Shown in pieces: positions 37,030 to 49,576 of a DNA stretch of 64,000 nt. How positions within the stretch are numbered: position 1 is the stretch's first letter; each line of letters begins with the position of its first letter. The notes below the pieces were generated by a model. That model was not told the origin of the DNA. It saw only the letters and a program-made list of their open reading frames with translations, and did no database searches. Source of the DNA: Candidatus Aphodoplasma sp. (GTDB taxonomy: Bacteria; Bacillota; Clostridia; UBA1381; UMGS1253); contig JAZNVH010000010.1 of NCBI GenBank assembly GCA_045592745.1, forward strand, positions 92,783 through 156,782, written 5' to 3'. The position numbers and the translations under genes were made by a program.

Positions 37030-40000
37030 CTATCCGAGAAGGTCTTCAAGTGACATCTGCGAGCTTGCCTGCATTCCGTTAAAGCAACCACTTTGTTCGA
37101 GCGAATCGAGTGCAGTTTTACTGATTTTTGTTCTCCTGTGAAGGTCTTCTATCGAGTGGAAAATGCCCTTTTCACGCTCTTCGCATATTGTAGTAGCTTG
37201 TGCAATGCTTACGTTTGGCAGACTTGAGAGCGGGGGAAGAATTTTATCGCCTTTGGGCAAAAAGTTCTTTGAGTCTGACTCATACAAATCCACCGGCAAA
37301 AAGTCAAATCCGCGTGCATACATTTCGCGGCAAAGCTCAAGTGTAGTGTATAAATCCTTGTCTTTTTGCGTTGGGAGAGGAATGTTTTTTATATTCTTCA
37401 TTGCACTAAGCACTGTTTCCATTCCATGACACATAATGCTTGCATCAAATGCGCCAAGTGCGCGTATCGTAAAGTATGCACAGTAATATGCGATAGGGTA
37501 GTGCACTTTGCAGTAAGCGATACGAAAAGCCATCATTACATATGCAACCGCATGTGCTTTTGGGAACATATACTTTATTTTGTTACACGAATCGATATAC
37601 CACTGCGGAATGTCGTGTGCTTTCATCTCAATTTCGTCGTCACTGCTAAGGCCTTTTCCCTTACGAACCTTTTCCATTATTGTAAACGCAAGTTTTGGCT
37701 CAAGTCCCATGTGTATAAGATAAATCATTATATCATCACGGGTACATATAGCCTCTGAAAGAACAATCTCTCCGCTTTGAATATAGTCCTGAGCATTGTT
37801 TGTCCAAACGTCCGTACCGTGTGAAAGTCCCGATATACGAAGAAGCTCTGAAAACTTTGTTGGTTTTGTATCGACGAGCATTTGACGAACAAAGTTTGTA
37901 CCAAATTCGGGCACGCCAAACGTACCGACATCGCTTCCGATATCGTTAGGGGTAACGCCAAGTGCTTCTGTATTTAAAAACAGCGAAAGTGTAGGCTTGT
38001 CATCGAGTGGAATTTTCTTTGCGTCAATTCCGGTCAAATCCTCAAGCATTCTTATAACCGTCGGGTCATCGTGTCCGAGTATATCAAGCTTTAAAAGGTT
38101 ATCGTGTATAGAATGATAGTCAAAATGTGTAGTTATAATTGTACTGTCGGCATCGTCGGCAGGGTGCTGTACGGGACAGAACTGATGTATATCATTTGCC
38201 TTTGGCAAAATGATTACACCGCCCGGATGCTGACCCGTTGTGCGTTTTACGCCGGTACAGCCGAGCGAAATGCGTTTGATTTCAGCATTATGAGCAACAA
38301 TTGAGCGTTCATCAAAATATTTTTTTGCATATCCAAAGGCTGTTTTTTCAGCGATTGTGCCGATTGTTCCTGCACGAAAGACATGTCCTTCGCCAAACAG
38401 CTCTTCTGTATACTTATGCGCGACGCTCTGGTATTCACCCGAGAAGTTAAGGTCGATATCAGGCTCTTTATCGCCTGCAAAACCGAGAAATGTTTCGAAT
38501 GGAATGTCATGTCCGTCTTTTGCATAATTTTCGCCGCAAATTGGACATATCTTGTCTGGAAGGTCACAACCAGATAAACCCGAGCCGTCCGTGATAAACT
38601 CACTGTGTTTACATTTTTTGCAAATATAATGCGCCGGAAGAGCGTTAACCTCTGTAATTCCCGATAAAAATGCAACAAAAGATGAGCCAACAGAACCACG
38701 CGAGCCAACAAGATATCCGTCAGATAGGGACTTGCTCACAAGCTGCTGAGCAATTTTATACATAACTGAAAATCCGTATGTGGTAATTGATTTAAGCTCT
38801 TTATCCATGCGCTGTTTTACAATGTCAGGCAGCGGCTCACCATATATTTCCTTTGCCTTTTCGTTTGACATATTTATTATATCCTCCTGAGCGCCTTCAA
38901 TACTCGGCGGATACGTTCCTGAGCGCACGGGTGCAAGCTCCTCGGTCATCTCACTTATAATATTTGGATTTGCTACTACAACCTCGTATGCAAGCTCGGG
39001 CTCAAGATAGTCAAATTCATCAAGCATTTCCTGGGTTGTGCGAAGGTATAACGGCGCCTGAAAATCGGCATCATCAAAGCCTTTTCCAGCCATTAATACA
39101 CGGCGAAAAACCTCGTCCTCAGGATCCAAAAAGTGAACGTCACCCGTAGCAACGGTGAGCTTGCCATGTTTTTTTCCAAGAGCGATAATTTTTTTATTAA
39201 TATCCTGTAAATCTTCTTTTGAGCCTACCTGACCATTTCTTAGCATAAACTCATTGTTTCCAAGAGGCTGAATTTCAAAATAGTCATAAAATGCGGCAAT
39301 ATTGTCGATTTCCTGCGCACTGCGGCCTGAAAAAATTGCCTGATAAAGCTCGCCTGACTCACACGCGGAACCAATAATTAAGCCTTCGCGGTATTTGTTT
39401 ATGAGGCTTTTTGGCATACGCGGTGTGCGATAAAAATAGTCAAGATGCGATGCAGAAATAAGCCTGTAAAGATTTTCAAGTCCGACAGGATTTTTTGCAA
39501 GTATGATTATATGATGTGACGGTATGCCGCGCACATCAATTTTATTTCCAAAACACGTGTTTAGCTCTCGTACGTCACTTACGCTCATTTTTGAGAGCGC
39601 TTCGAGCATTTTTTTAAATATATTAGCCGTTGCAAGGGCATCATCGACAGCTCTGTGATGATTGTCAAGAGTTACTTTTAAATGCTTTGTAAGATTGTTT
39701 AATTTGTGGTTTTTAAGCTCGGGATAAAGCTTTCTCGCAAGCGAAAGTGTGTCAACATAGCACTCTGAAAAGTTTTTGCCCATTCTTTCAAGACTCGCAC
39801 GTATAAAACCTGTGTCAAAATTTGCATTATGAGCAACAAGAACACAGCCTTCGCAAAAGCGCATAAAGTCGGTTACGGCTTTTTCTTCTTTCGGCGCACC
39901 CTTTACCATTGAATCATTGATTCCAGTAAGCTCGGTGATTTTTTGCGGTATTGGCACTGGAGGCTCTACAAAGGTGGAAAAAGAGTCTACAATTTCGCCT

Positions 40001-41049
40001 TCTTTAATTTTTACTGCGCCGATTTCTATAATAAAGTTTGTTTCACAAGAAAGCCCGGTTGTTTCAAGGTCAAAGACAACAAATGTATCATTTAACTTGT
40101 GTGATTTTTCGTTGTATGTTATCAGTGAGCGGTCATCTACGACATAGCCTTCCACGCCATAAATCACTTTTATGCCATTTGATTTTGCAGCTTTTGCTGC
40201 TTCGGGGAATGCCTGAACAACGCCATGGTCAGTTATGGCGATTGCTTTATGTCCCCAAGAAGCCGCGCGTGCTATAAGGTCCGTCGCACTCGACACTCCG
40301 TCCATAGTTGACATTTGCGTATGCATATGAAGCTCGACGCGCTTTTCTTTTGCATCATCAGTTTTCTTTGGAGGAGCTTCAAGCTCATTTATATCATAAG
40401 CGGTGATAACAGTATCACGCGAATATTTATCGTATGCAACATCACCATATACTGATACCCAAGTGCCTTTTTTAAGACGCTTTTCAACCTTTTCTTTTAA
40501 TACGCCGTCGCGCGCTTGACTAAAAGAGCCGTCGGCATTTTTTCTTGGCTGAAGATTGCAAAAAAGCTTTACTGTGCGCGAATCCTTTTTATCTGTGATA
40601 TCAAAAGTCACAATCCACGAATGGTCTTTTCTTTCGAGCCATTCTACACAAAAAATTTCACCGCTTGTGCGTACACGTCCTGCCTCGGGTGTTACTTCGT
40701 CAAGAGATAGAAGTTTTCCCTTGATTTTTTTGCCACAGATAACCTCACTTGGTTTATTTGTGCCAAGCTGTGACTCGAATTGTTTTATAAGAGCCTCCTC
40801 CTGAGCACGCTGACGAAGCATTGCTTCGGTAATTACATTTGCCTGTGGAAGCTGTATATGTATATCATCAAGTTTATATTTAGTTATAAATGTCTCTTTA
40901 AGCATTGCAAGCTGACTCTCGGTAAGCATTGCCGTATCAGAAAGCTCAATTGACATTGTGCGCTGCTTTTTATTTACGCTGATTTTTGAAAGCTCGATTT
41001 CGGCGAGTGTATCGTCGCAACCGGCAATCAAATCCTTGATTTTTGTCAT
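37030..41049 (-). CDS. polC: DNA polymerase III alpha subunit, PolC type
   Basis: PHP motif ELHMHTQMS, DEDDh exonuclease FDLETTG/AHNA.FD, GSRGSVGSS, PDIDLNFSG and KLDILGHDDPT. Confidence 0.98.
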   Translation of the reverse strand: MTKIKDLIAGCDDTLAEIELSKISVNKKQRTMSIELSDTAMLTESQLAMLKETFITKYKLDDIHIQLPQANVITEAMLRQRAQEEALIKQFESQLGTNKPSEVICGKKIKGKLLSLDEVTPEAGRVRTSGEIFCVEWLERKDHSWIVTFDITDKKDSRTVKLFCNLQPRKNADGSFSQARDGVLKEKVEKRLKKGTWVSVYGDVAYDKYSRDTVITAYDINELEAPPKKTDDAKEKRVELHMHTQMSTMDGVSSATDLIARAASWGHKAIAITDHGVVQAFPEAAKAAKSNGIKVIYGVEGYVVDDRSLITYNEKSHKLNDTFVVFDLETTGLSCETNFIIEIGAVKIKEGEIVDSFSTFVEPPVPIPQKITELTGINDSMVKGAPKEEKAVTDFMRFCEGCVLVAHNANFDTGFIRASLERMGKNFSECYVDTLSLARKLYPELKNHKLNNLTKHLKVTLDNHHRAVDDALATANIFKKMLEALSKMSVSDVRELNTCFGNKIDVRGIPSHHIIILAKNPVGLENLYRLISASHLDYFYRTPRMPKSLINKYREGLIIGSACESGELYQAIFSGRSAQEIDNIAAFYDYFEIQPLGNNEFMLRNGQVGSKEDLQDINKKIIALGKKHGKLTVATGDVHFLDPEDEVFRRVLMAGKGFDDADFQAPLYLRTTQEMLDEFDYLEPELAYEVVVANPNIISEMTEELAPVRSGTYPPSIEGAQEDIINMSNEKAKEIYGEPLPDIVKQRMDKELKSITTYGFSVMYKIAQQLVSKSLSDGYLVGSRGSVGSSFVAFLSGITEVNALPAHYICKKCKHSEFITDGSGLSGCDLPDKICPICGENYAKDGHDIPFETFLGFAGDKEPDIDLNFSGEYQSVAHKYTEELFGEGHVFRAGTIGTIAEKTAFGYAKKYFDERSIVAHNAEIKRISLGCTGVKRTTGQHPGGVIILPKANDIHQFCPVQHPADDADSTIITTHFDYHSIHDNLLKLDILGHDDPTVIRMLEDLTGIDAKKIPLDDKPTLSLFLNTEALGVTPNDIGSDVGTFGVPEFGTNFVRQMLVDTKPTKFSELLRISGLSHGTDVWTNNAQDYIQSGEIVLSEAICTRDDIMIYLIHMGLEPKLAFTIMEKVRKGKGLSSDDEIEMKAHDIPQWYIDSCNKIKYMFPKAHAVAYVMMAFRIAYCKVHYPIAYYCAYFTIRALGAFDASIMCHGMETVLSAMKNIKNIPLPTQKDKDLYTTLELCREMYARGFDFLPVDLYESDSKNFLPKGDKILPPLSSLPNVSIAQATTICEEREKGIFHSIEDLHRRTKISKTALDSLEQSGCFNGMQASSQMSLEDLLG

Positions 41050-41078
41050 GGTTTTCTCCTTTTAAGTACAAGGTGAGT

Positions 41079-42128
41079 TTACATTTTTTCGATTTCCTGC
41101 ATAAGTGTCTCTGCTATATTTTCCTGAGGTACTTTTTTTACAATTTCACCTTTTTTGAAAATAAGCCCTACACCATCTCCGCCTGCAATTCCTATGTCGG
41201 CGTCGCGTGCTTCACCGGGGCCGTTTACAGCGCAGCCCATAACGGCAATCTTAATGTCTTTATCAATATTTTTTGTAAGCTCATATATTTTATTTGCAAT
41301 TTCGATAAGATTAATGCGACATCTACCACAGGTAGGACACGATACAAACGTAACACCGCTTTTTCTAAGACCGAGCGATTTTAATATTTCGATTCCTGCA
41401 TAAACCTCTTTTACGGGGTTGTCGGTGAGTGAAACACGAATTGTATTACCAATACCTTCTGCAAGAAGTGTTCCTATACCGACAGACGATTTTACAATTC
41501 CGCTTTCGTATGTACCTGCTTCGGTAACGCCCAAATGAAGCGGGTAGTCGCATTTTTCGTGCGCAAGGCGATATGCCTTAATCATAGTGGGCACATCCGA
41601 TGCTTTAAGTGAAAGTGCAATGTCGTAAAAGTTACATTCTTCTAAAAGCTTTGCATGCGAAAGAGCACTTTCAACAAGCGCCTCGGCAGTAGGTGAGCCA
41701 TATTTTTGCAAAATAGATTTTTCAAGCGAACCACCATTTACGCCTATGCGTATCGGTATGTTTTTGCTTTTTGCCATATCACAAACGGCGCGTATTTTGT
41801 CTTTGTCGCCAATGTTGCCGGGGTTTATTCGTACTTTGTCTACGCCGCCCTGCATACAAAGAAGGGCGAGTTTGTAATCAAAGTGTATATCACATACCAG
41901 TGGTATGGTTATTTTCTGTTTTATTTTGCCGACTGCAATTGCTGCAGCCTCGTCGGGTACAGCTACGCGTACAATGTCACAGCCTGCCTTGGCAAGCTCA
42001 TTTATCTGCTTGATTGTTGCCTCAACGTCGCGTGTGTCGGTGTTTGTCATTGACTGCACGCTTATAGGATTATTGCCGCCTATCTTTAAAGAGCCAACAG
42101 TTATTTCTTTTGTAGTTTTATTATTCAT
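41079..42128 (-). CDS. ispG: (E)-4-hydroxy-3-methylbut-2-enyl-diphosphate synthase
   Basis: [26 protein letters not shown] and [10 protein letters not shown]. Confidence 0.97.
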   Translation of the reverse strand: MNNKTTKEITVGSLKIGGNNPISVQSMTNTDTRDVEATIKQINELAKAGCDIVRVAVPDEAAAIAVGKIKQKITIPLVCDIHFDYKLALLCMQGGVDKVRINPGNIGDKDKIRAVCDMAKSKNIPIRIGVNGGSLEKSILQKYGSPTAEALVESALSHAKLLEECNFYDIALSLKASDVPTMIKAYRLAHEKCDYPLHLGVTEAGTYESGIVKSSVGIGTLLAEGIGNTIRVSLTDNPVKEVYAGIEILKSLGLRKSGVTFVSCPTCGRCRINLIEIANKIYELTKNIDKDIKIAVMGCAVNGPGEARDADIGIAGGDGVGLIFKKGEIVKKVPQENIAETLMQEIEKM

Positions 42129-42164
42129 AAAAATCAAATCCTTATTATATAATCGTGGTTACTT

Positions 42165-43313
42165 TTATGAAAATAACCTGATAACATCATTATAAGTTGC
42201 AAAAAGCATTAAAGCGATTAAAAGTGCAAAGCCAACAAGCTGAATTATTCCTTCGTGCTCAGGCTTTAGCTTTTTGCGGGTAATGGTTTCAGCCAAAATT
42301 ATCCATAGCTTGCAGCCGTCAAGGGCAGGAATAGGTAAAAGGTTCATAACACCCAAGTTTACACTTAAAAGCGCAACAAGATTAAAAAGTGTTGCCAGGT
42401 TAATTCGTGATGCCTGACCGATAACGTTTATTATACCGATGGGGCCACTTATCTGAGAAGCGGGAACTGCGCCGCGTATAAGCTCGTATAGTGATACATA
42501 TACGATTTTAATATTATAAATTGTAAGATAGAACGCATTTTTTATTACGCCTATAAAGCTTTGTTTTTGCACCTCGGGGACAAAACCGAGGATATAGCGT
42601 GACTGCGACTGCGTCGTGCCGATGAGCGCTCTGTATTCATCCGAATCAGGAGCGGCAATCGTTTGACGCTCATCTTCAACACCGTTGATAGTTGATATAA
42701 CGCTAAATTCATCTTCGTCGTAGATATATGTTACCTCTTGAAGAGAGGGGGTAACAGTTTGCGTAATTATTTGTCCGTTTCGCTCTGCACGCACTTCTAC
42801 GGGGGTGCTGTTTACACGGCTAAGCTCAAAGGAAAGGTCTTCAAATATATTTATTTTCGAACCGCCAACCGATACAATTCTGTCGCCTTTTTGAAAGGTG
42901 GAACTTACAAGATTGGTGTTTGGTGTAAAATCCGCGATTGTCGTTGTAGTTATTGTATTCGTTGATACCTGTATACATAAAAATATGATAAAGCCCAAAA
43001 CAATATTAAGCGTCGCACCTGCAATTACAACTATAAAGCGTTTATACCACGTTGCTCTGTTAAATGAGCGCTCATCATCGCTGTCTTCTGTTTCGCCCTC
43101 CATTTGACAAAAGCCACCCATAGGGATAGCGCGCAGTGAATATAGTGTTTCACCGTAGCGCTTTTTCCATATTGCAGGGCCCATGCCTATTGCAAATTCA
43201 TTTACACGTATTTTAAAAAGCTTTGCCGCACCAAAATGTCCAAATTCATGGATGGCAACCATAAGGGCAAAAACTAAAATAGCTGTAACGATTGTACCAA
43301 TACTGCCTAACAA
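42165..43313 (-). CDS. rseP: RIP metalloprotease RseP/RasP
   Basis: HEFGH, AIPMGGF, a PDZ domain and NLLPIPALDG. Confidence 0.93.
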   Translation of the reverse strand: MLGSIGTIVTAILVFALMVAIHEFGHFGAAKLFKIRVNEFAIGMGPAIWKKRYGETLYSLRAIPMGGFCQMEGETEDSDDERSFNRATWYKRFIVVIAGATLNIVLGFIIFLCIQVSTNTITTTTIADFTPNTNLVSSTFQKGDRIVSVGGSKINIFEDLSFELSRVNSTPVEVRAERNGQIITQTVTPSLQEVTYIYDEDEFSVISTINGVEDERQTIAAPDSDEYRALIGTTQSQSRYILGFVPEVQKQSFIGVIKNAFYLTIYNIKIVYVSLYELIRGAVPASQISGPIGIINVIGQASRINLATLFNLVALLSVNLGVMNLLPIPALDGCKLWIILAETITRKKLKPEHEGIIQLVGFALLIALMLFATYNDVIRLFS

Positions 43314-43335
43314 ATAATCACGTCCTTAAATACTT

Positions 43336-44487
43336 TTATAAAAATCTTTTATAAACATATTCGCGTGCCCAGCTGTCTGCGGCACATATGTTTTCAAGAG
43401 TGTCTGCATCAGTGTTAGTATATGCGCTCATAGCTTCACCTATAACATCTGCAATTTCAAGGTATTTTATTTTTCCTTTAAAGAACATATCTACACACGC
43501 TTCGTCCGCGGCATTATATACCGCGCTCATTGTACCGCCCTCTCTTAGAGCACTGTATGCGAGTGGAAGGGCAGGGAAGGTGTCTGTATCAGGCTTATCA
43601 AATGTAAGCGTAGATATTTTTGCAAGGTCAAGAGGCACGCCTCCGATGTCTGTTCTGTCAGGATAGGTAAGAGCGTACGCAATCGGAAGATGCATATCGG
43701 GCTGACCAAGCTGAGCAATAACTGAGCCGTCTATATACTCGACCATAGAATGTATAATGCTTTGAGGATGCACCAACACGTCTATATTATCAGGCTCTGT
43801 GTCAAAAAGCCATCTCGCCTCGATTACCTCAAGTCCCTTATTTACAAGTGTAGATGAATCGATGGTTATTTTTGCGCCCATACTCCAGTTTGGGTGTTTT
43901 AACGCCATTTCAGGTGTTATGTTTTCAAGCTCGGAGCGTTTTTTCTTATAAAACGGGCCGCCTGATGCTGTAAGTATAATTTTACGCACTTGTTTTTTAT
44001 CCTGCATACCAGATAGCGACTGGAAAATGGCGCTGTGCTCGCTGTCAACGGGAAGAATTGATATGTTATGCTTTTTTGCAAGCTTTGTAACGAGCAGACC
44101 TGCTGCAACCATGGTTTCCTTGTTTGCAAGAGCAATGTTTTTGCCACTTTCTATTGCGGCAATTGTAGGGCGAAGTCCTGCAAACCCCATAACAGCGGTC
44201 AATACGGTATCAATTTCATCAATAGTTGCCACCTGACACATACCTTCTGTGCCGCTTACCACCTTTACACAGGTATCTGCAAGCTTTATTTTAAGCTCGG
44301 CAGCTTTTTTTTCATCATAAGCACACACAAGCTTTGGTTTAAACTTTCTTGCCTGCGCTTCGAGTAATTCTATATTATTATTTGCACAAAGCCCCAATAC
44401 ATTTATATCGGGGCTTTTTGAAACGATGTCAAGACTCTGTGTACCGATTGAACCGGTAGAGCCTAAAATTGATATATTGTGTGCCAT
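43336..44487 (-). CDS. dxr: 1-deoxy-D-xylulose-5-phosphate reductoisomerase
   Basis: LGSTGSIG, LANKE, PVDSEHSA, TASGGPF and HPNWSMGAKITIDS. Confidence 0.97.
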   Translation of the reverse strand: MAHNISILGSTGSIGTQSLDIVSKSPDINVLGLCANNNIELLEAQARKFKPKLVCAYDEKKAAELKIKLADTCVKVVSGTEGMCQVATIDEIDTVLTAVMGFAGLRPTIAAIESGKNIALANKETMVAAGLLVTKLAKKHNISILPVDSEHSAIFQSLSGMQDKKQVRKIILTASGGPFYKKKRSELENITPEMALKHPNWSMGAKITIDSSTLVNKGLEVIEARWLFDTEPDNIDVLVHPQSIIHSMVEYIDGSVIAQLGQPDMHLPIAYALTYPDRTDIGGVPLDLAKISTLTFDKPDTDTFPALPLAYSALREGGTMSAVYNAADEACVDMFFKGKIKYLEIADVIGEAMSAYTNTDADTLENICAADSWAREYVYKRFL

Positions 44488-44519
44488 TTTACACAACCTT
44501 CTTTTGTTTTTATTTAAAG

Positions 44520-45347
44520 TTAAAATACATTTATGCCATTATAACTTAGTAGTGCACATACTAAAAATACAAAAGGTGCAATCATAATTGCGCTGTCAAA
44601 ACGGTCAAGCAAACCACCATGACCGGGCATTATATTTCCGAAATCCTTTACGCCGCAATTTCTTTTAATAAGCGATGCTGTCAAATCTCCAAGCTGTGAA
44701 AGACATGAACCTACTATGCCGATTATAGAAAGTACTATATAATTTGCATTTGTTTTTGACACAAGAACCGAAACAATGCCGAGTATAACACAGCCAACTG
44801 CTGCAAAAACAATACCGCCTATGCTTCCTTCAACAGTTTTTTTGGGACTTATTTCGGGCGCAAGCTTATGACGTCCAAAACAGCAGCCTATAAAATATGC
44901 ACCCGTATCGCTCATCCATGCACTTGTAAAAATCAGGCAAAGATAGTATATACCAAAGTCAAAACAACTTCTCATAAGACCTATAAACGAAGAGAATATG
45001 CTTATATATAAAGTTGCAAAAAGGACTTTTGATATATTATCAAAGCTTATAGTCTTGTGACATAAAATAGACTCTATTGCAAGCACGCCTATATATGCAA
45101 TTATTGTAAAGCTAAGCAATACATGATTGGTTGTAAAGGTCGCATATATCATTGGTAGCGCACCGACAAGCGCGGTTATAACAAGCACTATGGAGAATCC
45201 AAAGGCATGCAAAAATTCATAAAGCATAAATAATATGACTACTCCAAGAACGATTTCAAACACGGGAGTGCCCGAAAGAGCTACCGCAAAAAATACGACA
45301 AGCCCGATTAGCGCTGAAATAACTCTTGTCAATGTATTTTTCCCCAT
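44520..45347 (-). CDS. cdsA: Phosphatidate cytidylyltransferase
   Basis: SDTGAYFIG, ISPKKTVEG and KDFGNIMPGHGGLLDRFDS. Confidence 0.96.
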   Translation of the reverse strand: MGKNTLTRVISALIGLVVFFAVALSGTPVFEIVLGVVILFMLYEFLHAFGFSIVLVITALVGALPMIYATFTTNHVLLSFTIIAYIGVLAIESILCHKTISFDNISKVLFATLYISIFSSFIGLMRSCFDFGIYYLCLIFTSAWMSDTGAYFIGCCFGRHKLAPEISPKKTVEGSIGGIVFAAVGCVILGIVSVLVSKTNANYIVLSIIGIVGSCLSQLGDLTASLIKRNCGVKDFGNIMPGHGGLLDRFDSAIMIAPFVFLVCALLSYNGINVF

Positions 45348-45387
45348 AAGATACCTCCGCTTACGATAAATATTTTAAATGCACATC

Positions 45388-46125
45388 TCAGCGTCCGCCA
45401 AAACGTCTGTTTCTTGATAAGTATTCGTCAATAGCCTGTGTAAATTCCTTTTCGCCAAAATCGGGCCAAAGTACAGGTGTAAAATAAAATTCGCTGTAAG
45501 AGCTTTGCCACAAAAGGTAATTGCTAAGACGCATTTCACCGCTTGTGCGAATCACAAGGTCAGGGTCAGGCATATAGTTTGTATAAAGTTTTGATGAAAA
45601 TAGGTTTTCATCAATAGCGTTTTCATCAAGAGAACCGTTTTTTACATCAAGTGCGATGTTTTTTGTGGCGCGAAGAATCTCGTCGCGGCCACCATAGTTG
45701 AGCGCAAGAGTAACAGTAACCGATTTGTTGTTTTGTGTAAGCTTTTCAACACGCACAATCTGCTCTTTGATTTCGTCGGAAAAACGTGATGTATCGCCGA
45801 TAACACGTATGCGCACATCGTCGCCACCAAGTTCTTTTTCGGCATTTTTTAAATACTCTAAAAGTAGCGACATAAGCCCGTTTACCTCTTCGTCCGAGCG
45901 TTTCCAGTTTTCTGTTGAAAAAGCATATACGGTTATATATTCTATGCCTATATTTCCGGCAAAACGGCTCACCTTACGAAGTGCGTCTGCACCTGCACGG
46001 TGTCCCATCATGCGTGGCAGCGAGCGCTTTTTTGCCCATCTGCCGTTGCCGTCCATTATTATTGCCACATGCTTTGGCAAAGATGATTTGTCATACTCTT
46101 TTGTTTTCTTTTTAAAAAGTGCCAT
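45388..46125 (-). CDS. uppS: Undecaprenyl pyrophosphate synthase
   Basis: HVAIIMDGNGRWA, YAFSTENWKR and IRTSGEMRLSNYLLWQ. Confidence 0.97.
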   Translation of the reverse strand: MALFKKKTKEYDKSSLPKHVAIIMDGNGRWAKKRSLPRMMGHRAGADALRKVSRFAGNIGIEYITVYAFSTENWKRSDEEVNGLMSLLLEYLKNAEKELGGDDVRIRVIGDTSRFSDEIKEQIVRVEKLTQNNKSVTVTLALNYGGRDEILRATKNIALDVKNGSLDENAIDENLFSSKLYTNYMPDPDLVIRTSGEMRLSNYLLWQSSYSEFYFTPVLWPDFGEKEFTQAIDEYLSRNRRFGGR

Positions 46126-46158
46126 AAAAACCTCCGCCCATAAGCTTTATACAGGTTA

Positions 46159-46713
46159 TCATACCTCTAAGATTTCTTTTTCTTTCTTAGCAAGCATTGC
46201 GTCAATTTCTTTTACATACTCATCTGTAAGAGATTGAATGTTTTTCTCAATTTCCTTAAGGTCATCTTCGGTGATTTCACCTGCTTTTTTCTGTGCCTTA
46301 AAACCTTCGATAGCATCACGGCGAATTGAACGTATAGCAACCTTTGCTTCCTCTGCGCGCTTGTGGATATCCTTTACGAGCTCCTTTCTGCGCTCCTCTG
46401 TAAGAGGCGGGAAGGAAAGACGAATTGACTTGCCGTCATTGTTGGGGTTGATGCCAAGCTCTGATTTCAAAATTGCTTTTTCAACCTCTTTTACAGCACT
46501 TACATCCCACGGCTGAATAAGAAGTGTGCGTGCTTCGGGGACAGAAACACTGCCAAGCTGAGGGATAGGTGTAGGTGTTCCATAATAATCTACCATAATT
46601 TTGTCAAGAATTGCAGGGTTTGCACGACCTGCACGAATTGATTGCAAATCTGCGCCGTAAACGCTGATAGTTTTATCCATTTTTGTTGAAATTTCAGGGT
46701 ATTTTGATGCCAT
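46159..46713 (-). CDS. frr: Ribosome recycling factor
   Basis: IRAGRANP, INPNNDG and PPLTEERRK. Confidence 0.97.
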   Translation of the reverse strand: MASKYPEISTKMDKTISVYGADLQSIRAGRANPAILDKIMVDYYGTPTPIPQLGSVSVPEARTLLIQPWDVSAVKEVEKAILKSELGINPNNDGKSIRLSFPPLTEERRKELVKDIHKRAEEAKVAIRSIRRDAIEGFKAQKKAGEITEDDLKEIEKNIQSLTDEYVKEIDAMLAKKEKEILEV

Positions 46714-46770
46714 AATAATTTCCTCCTTGAATGTTTGTTTTATTAAAATTTTATGTGTATATTTTCTGAT

Positions 46771-47583
<813 letters not shown>

Positions 47584-47594
47584 TTATTTTACCA

Positions 47595-48497
47595 TTATTT
47601 TATCATGTTTGCAACCTCATCTGCAAAATTATCTTCTCTTTTTTCAAGACCTTCGCCTTTTTCAAGTCTTGCAAACTTTGTAACAGCTATATCAGCACCA
47701 AGTTTAGCCGCAACCTCTTTGATAACAGCGCTTACAGATTTGTCGCCATCCTTGATAAACGGCTGCTCAAGAAGACATACATCTTTATAGTACTTCTTAA
47801 TTCTACCTTCAACCATTTTTTCAGCAATATTTGCAGGCTTACCTTCGTTAATTGCCTGTGCTGTAAGAATTTCTCTTTCCTTAGCAACAACCTCTGCAGG
47901 AACATTTTCGGGAGCAACATACTGCGGGAATATAGCAGCAATCTGCATTGCGATGTCCTTTGCAAGAGCTTTGAAATCTTCTGTAGCAGCAGCCTCAGCT
48001 GTTGTATCAAAACCAACGATAACACCGATTCTTCCGCCACCATGGATGTATGTTTCAACAATACCTTCGTATCTTTCGAAACGTCTGATGTTCATGTTTT
48101 CGCCGATTTTTGCAATCTTTTCTGTAAGAGCATCACGAACGCTCTGCTCACCGTAAAGGCCCATCTCCAAAAGTGCATCAACATCAGCTGGAGCACCTGT
48201 TGCAATTTTCTTTGCTACGTCCGTTACGAATGTACGGAACTCGTCGTTCTTTGCAACGAAGTCTGTCTCAGCGTTAACCTCAACCAATACGCCTACATTA
48301 CCTTCTGTATAAGCTTCAACGATACCTTCAGCAGCAATTCTGCCTGATTTTTTAGCAGCAGTAGCAAGACCTTTTTCTCTCAAAAACTCGATAGCCTTTT
48401 CCATATCGCCGTTCGATTCTGTAAGAGCCTTTTTGCAGTCCATCATACCGCAGCCTGTTTTTTCTCTCAAATTTTTAACGTCCATTGCGCTAAACAT
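47595..48497 (-). CDS. tsf: Elongation factor Ts
   Basis: [28 protein letters not shown] and LLEQPFIKD. Confidence 0.98.
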   Translation of the reverse strand: MFSAMDVKNLREKTGCGMMDCKKALTESNGDMEKAIEFLREKGLATAAKKSGRIAAEGIVEAYTEGNVGVLVEVNAETDFVAKNDEFRTFVTDVAKKIATGAPADVDALLEMGLYGEQSVRDALTEKIAKIGENMNIRRFERYEGIVETYIHGGGRIGVIVGFDTTAEAAATEDFKALAKDIAMQIAAIFPQYVAPENVPAEVVAKEREILTAQAINEGKPANIAEKMVEGRIKKYYKDVCLLEQPFIKDGDKSVSAVIKEVAAKLGADIAVTKFARLEKGEGLEKREDNFADEVANMIK

Positions 48498-48615
48498 TTG
48501 TCATCAATCCTTTCGATATATAAATTGTTTTTTATCTAAAATAAAGCGGCCTTTGCGTCTTTTCGCAAAAGACTTAAAAGACCGCCGTAATACTGTTTTT
48601 GTAAAAAATTAAATT

Positions 48616-49356
48616 TTACTCTTCTGTGCTTTCTTCAGCAACAGTTTCATCAGCAACAGTTTCAATCTGCTCGCCTTGTCTGCCTTCGATGATAGCGTTT
48701 GCCATAGCAGCTGCGATAAGCTTAACGGCACGGATAGCATCGTCATTGCCGGGGATTACGTAATCAACCTCTTCCGGATCACAGTTTGTGTCAACGATTG
48801 CAACAACCGGAATACCAAGCTTCTTAGCTTCTGCGATAGCGATTTTCTCTTTGCGTGGATCAACGATAAAGAGTGCTCCGGGGAGCTTTTTCATATCTTT
48901 GATACCGCCAAGATACTTCTCAAGCTTTTCACGCTCTGCCAAAAGGTTGCTTACTTCCTTTTTGGGGAGAAGGTCAAATGTACCATTTTCTTCCATCTGG
49001 TTAAGCTGACTGAGTCTGTCGATACGCTTTTTGATTGTCTTAAAGTTTGTGAGCATACCGCCGAGCCATCTTGCATTTACGTAGTACATACCAACACGAA
49101 GAGCTTCTTCTTTAATAGAATCCTGTGCCTGTTTCTTTGTACCAACGAACAAAATGTCGTCGCCGTTAGCAGCAACTTCACGGATGAAGTTGTATGCTTC
49201 TTCTACTTTCTTTACAGTTTTCTGAAGGTCGATAATGTAGATACCGTTTCTCTCTGTAAAGATGTACTCTGCCATTTTGGGGTTCCAGCGTCTTGTCTGA
49301 TGTCCAAAGTGAACACCTGCTTCAAGAAGCTGTTTCATTGAAATTACGTTTGCCAT
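48616..49356 (-). CDS. rpsB: 30S ribosomal protein S2
   Basis: [26 protein letters not shown] and [10 protein letters not shown]. Start ATG 49356. Confidence 0.98.
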   Translation of the reverse strand: MANVISMKQLLEAGVHFGHQTRRWNPKMAEYIFTERNGIYIIDLQKTVKKVEEAYNFIREVAANGDDILFVGTKKQAQDSIKEEALRVGMYYVNARWLGGMLTNFKTIKKRIDRLSQLNQMEENGTFDLLPKKEVSNLLAEREKLEKYLGGIKDMKKLPGALFIVDPRKEKIAIAEAKKLGIPVVAIVDTNCDPEEVDYVIPGNDDAIRAVKLIAAAMANAIIEGRQGEQIETVADETVAEESTEE

Positions 49357-49369
49357 TTTAAATAGCACC

Positions 49370-49490
49370 TCCGGTTTTAATTTTTTTCGTCAAGGCTATG
49401 CCTTGTCCGATAATACCTCCGCTTCGCTCATCGCTTTCGGGAGCCAAAAAACGGCACCGCCCGTGGGCTTACAAAGCGTGTGTATTTTTT
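49370..49490 (-). promoter_or_regulatory. rpsB 5' leader (S2 autoregulatory RNA)
   Basis: Leader contains CACACGC...GCGGTGCC...GGAGG, resembling rpsB leaders as I recall them; TTGCTT-17-TATTCT promoter just upstream. Confidence 0.55.
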
Positions 49491-49576
49491 ACGCCATAAT
49501 AGAATAACATATTATGAAGCAAAAAGCAAGCATTTTTTTTAAAATATATAAAATTTTTATTTATGTTTGTTTTTAA

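Noticed and set aside
42600-42740. Acidic insertion after the PDZ domain of RseP
   Set aside because: Extracytoplasmic regions of RseP/RasP are variable; no specific signal.
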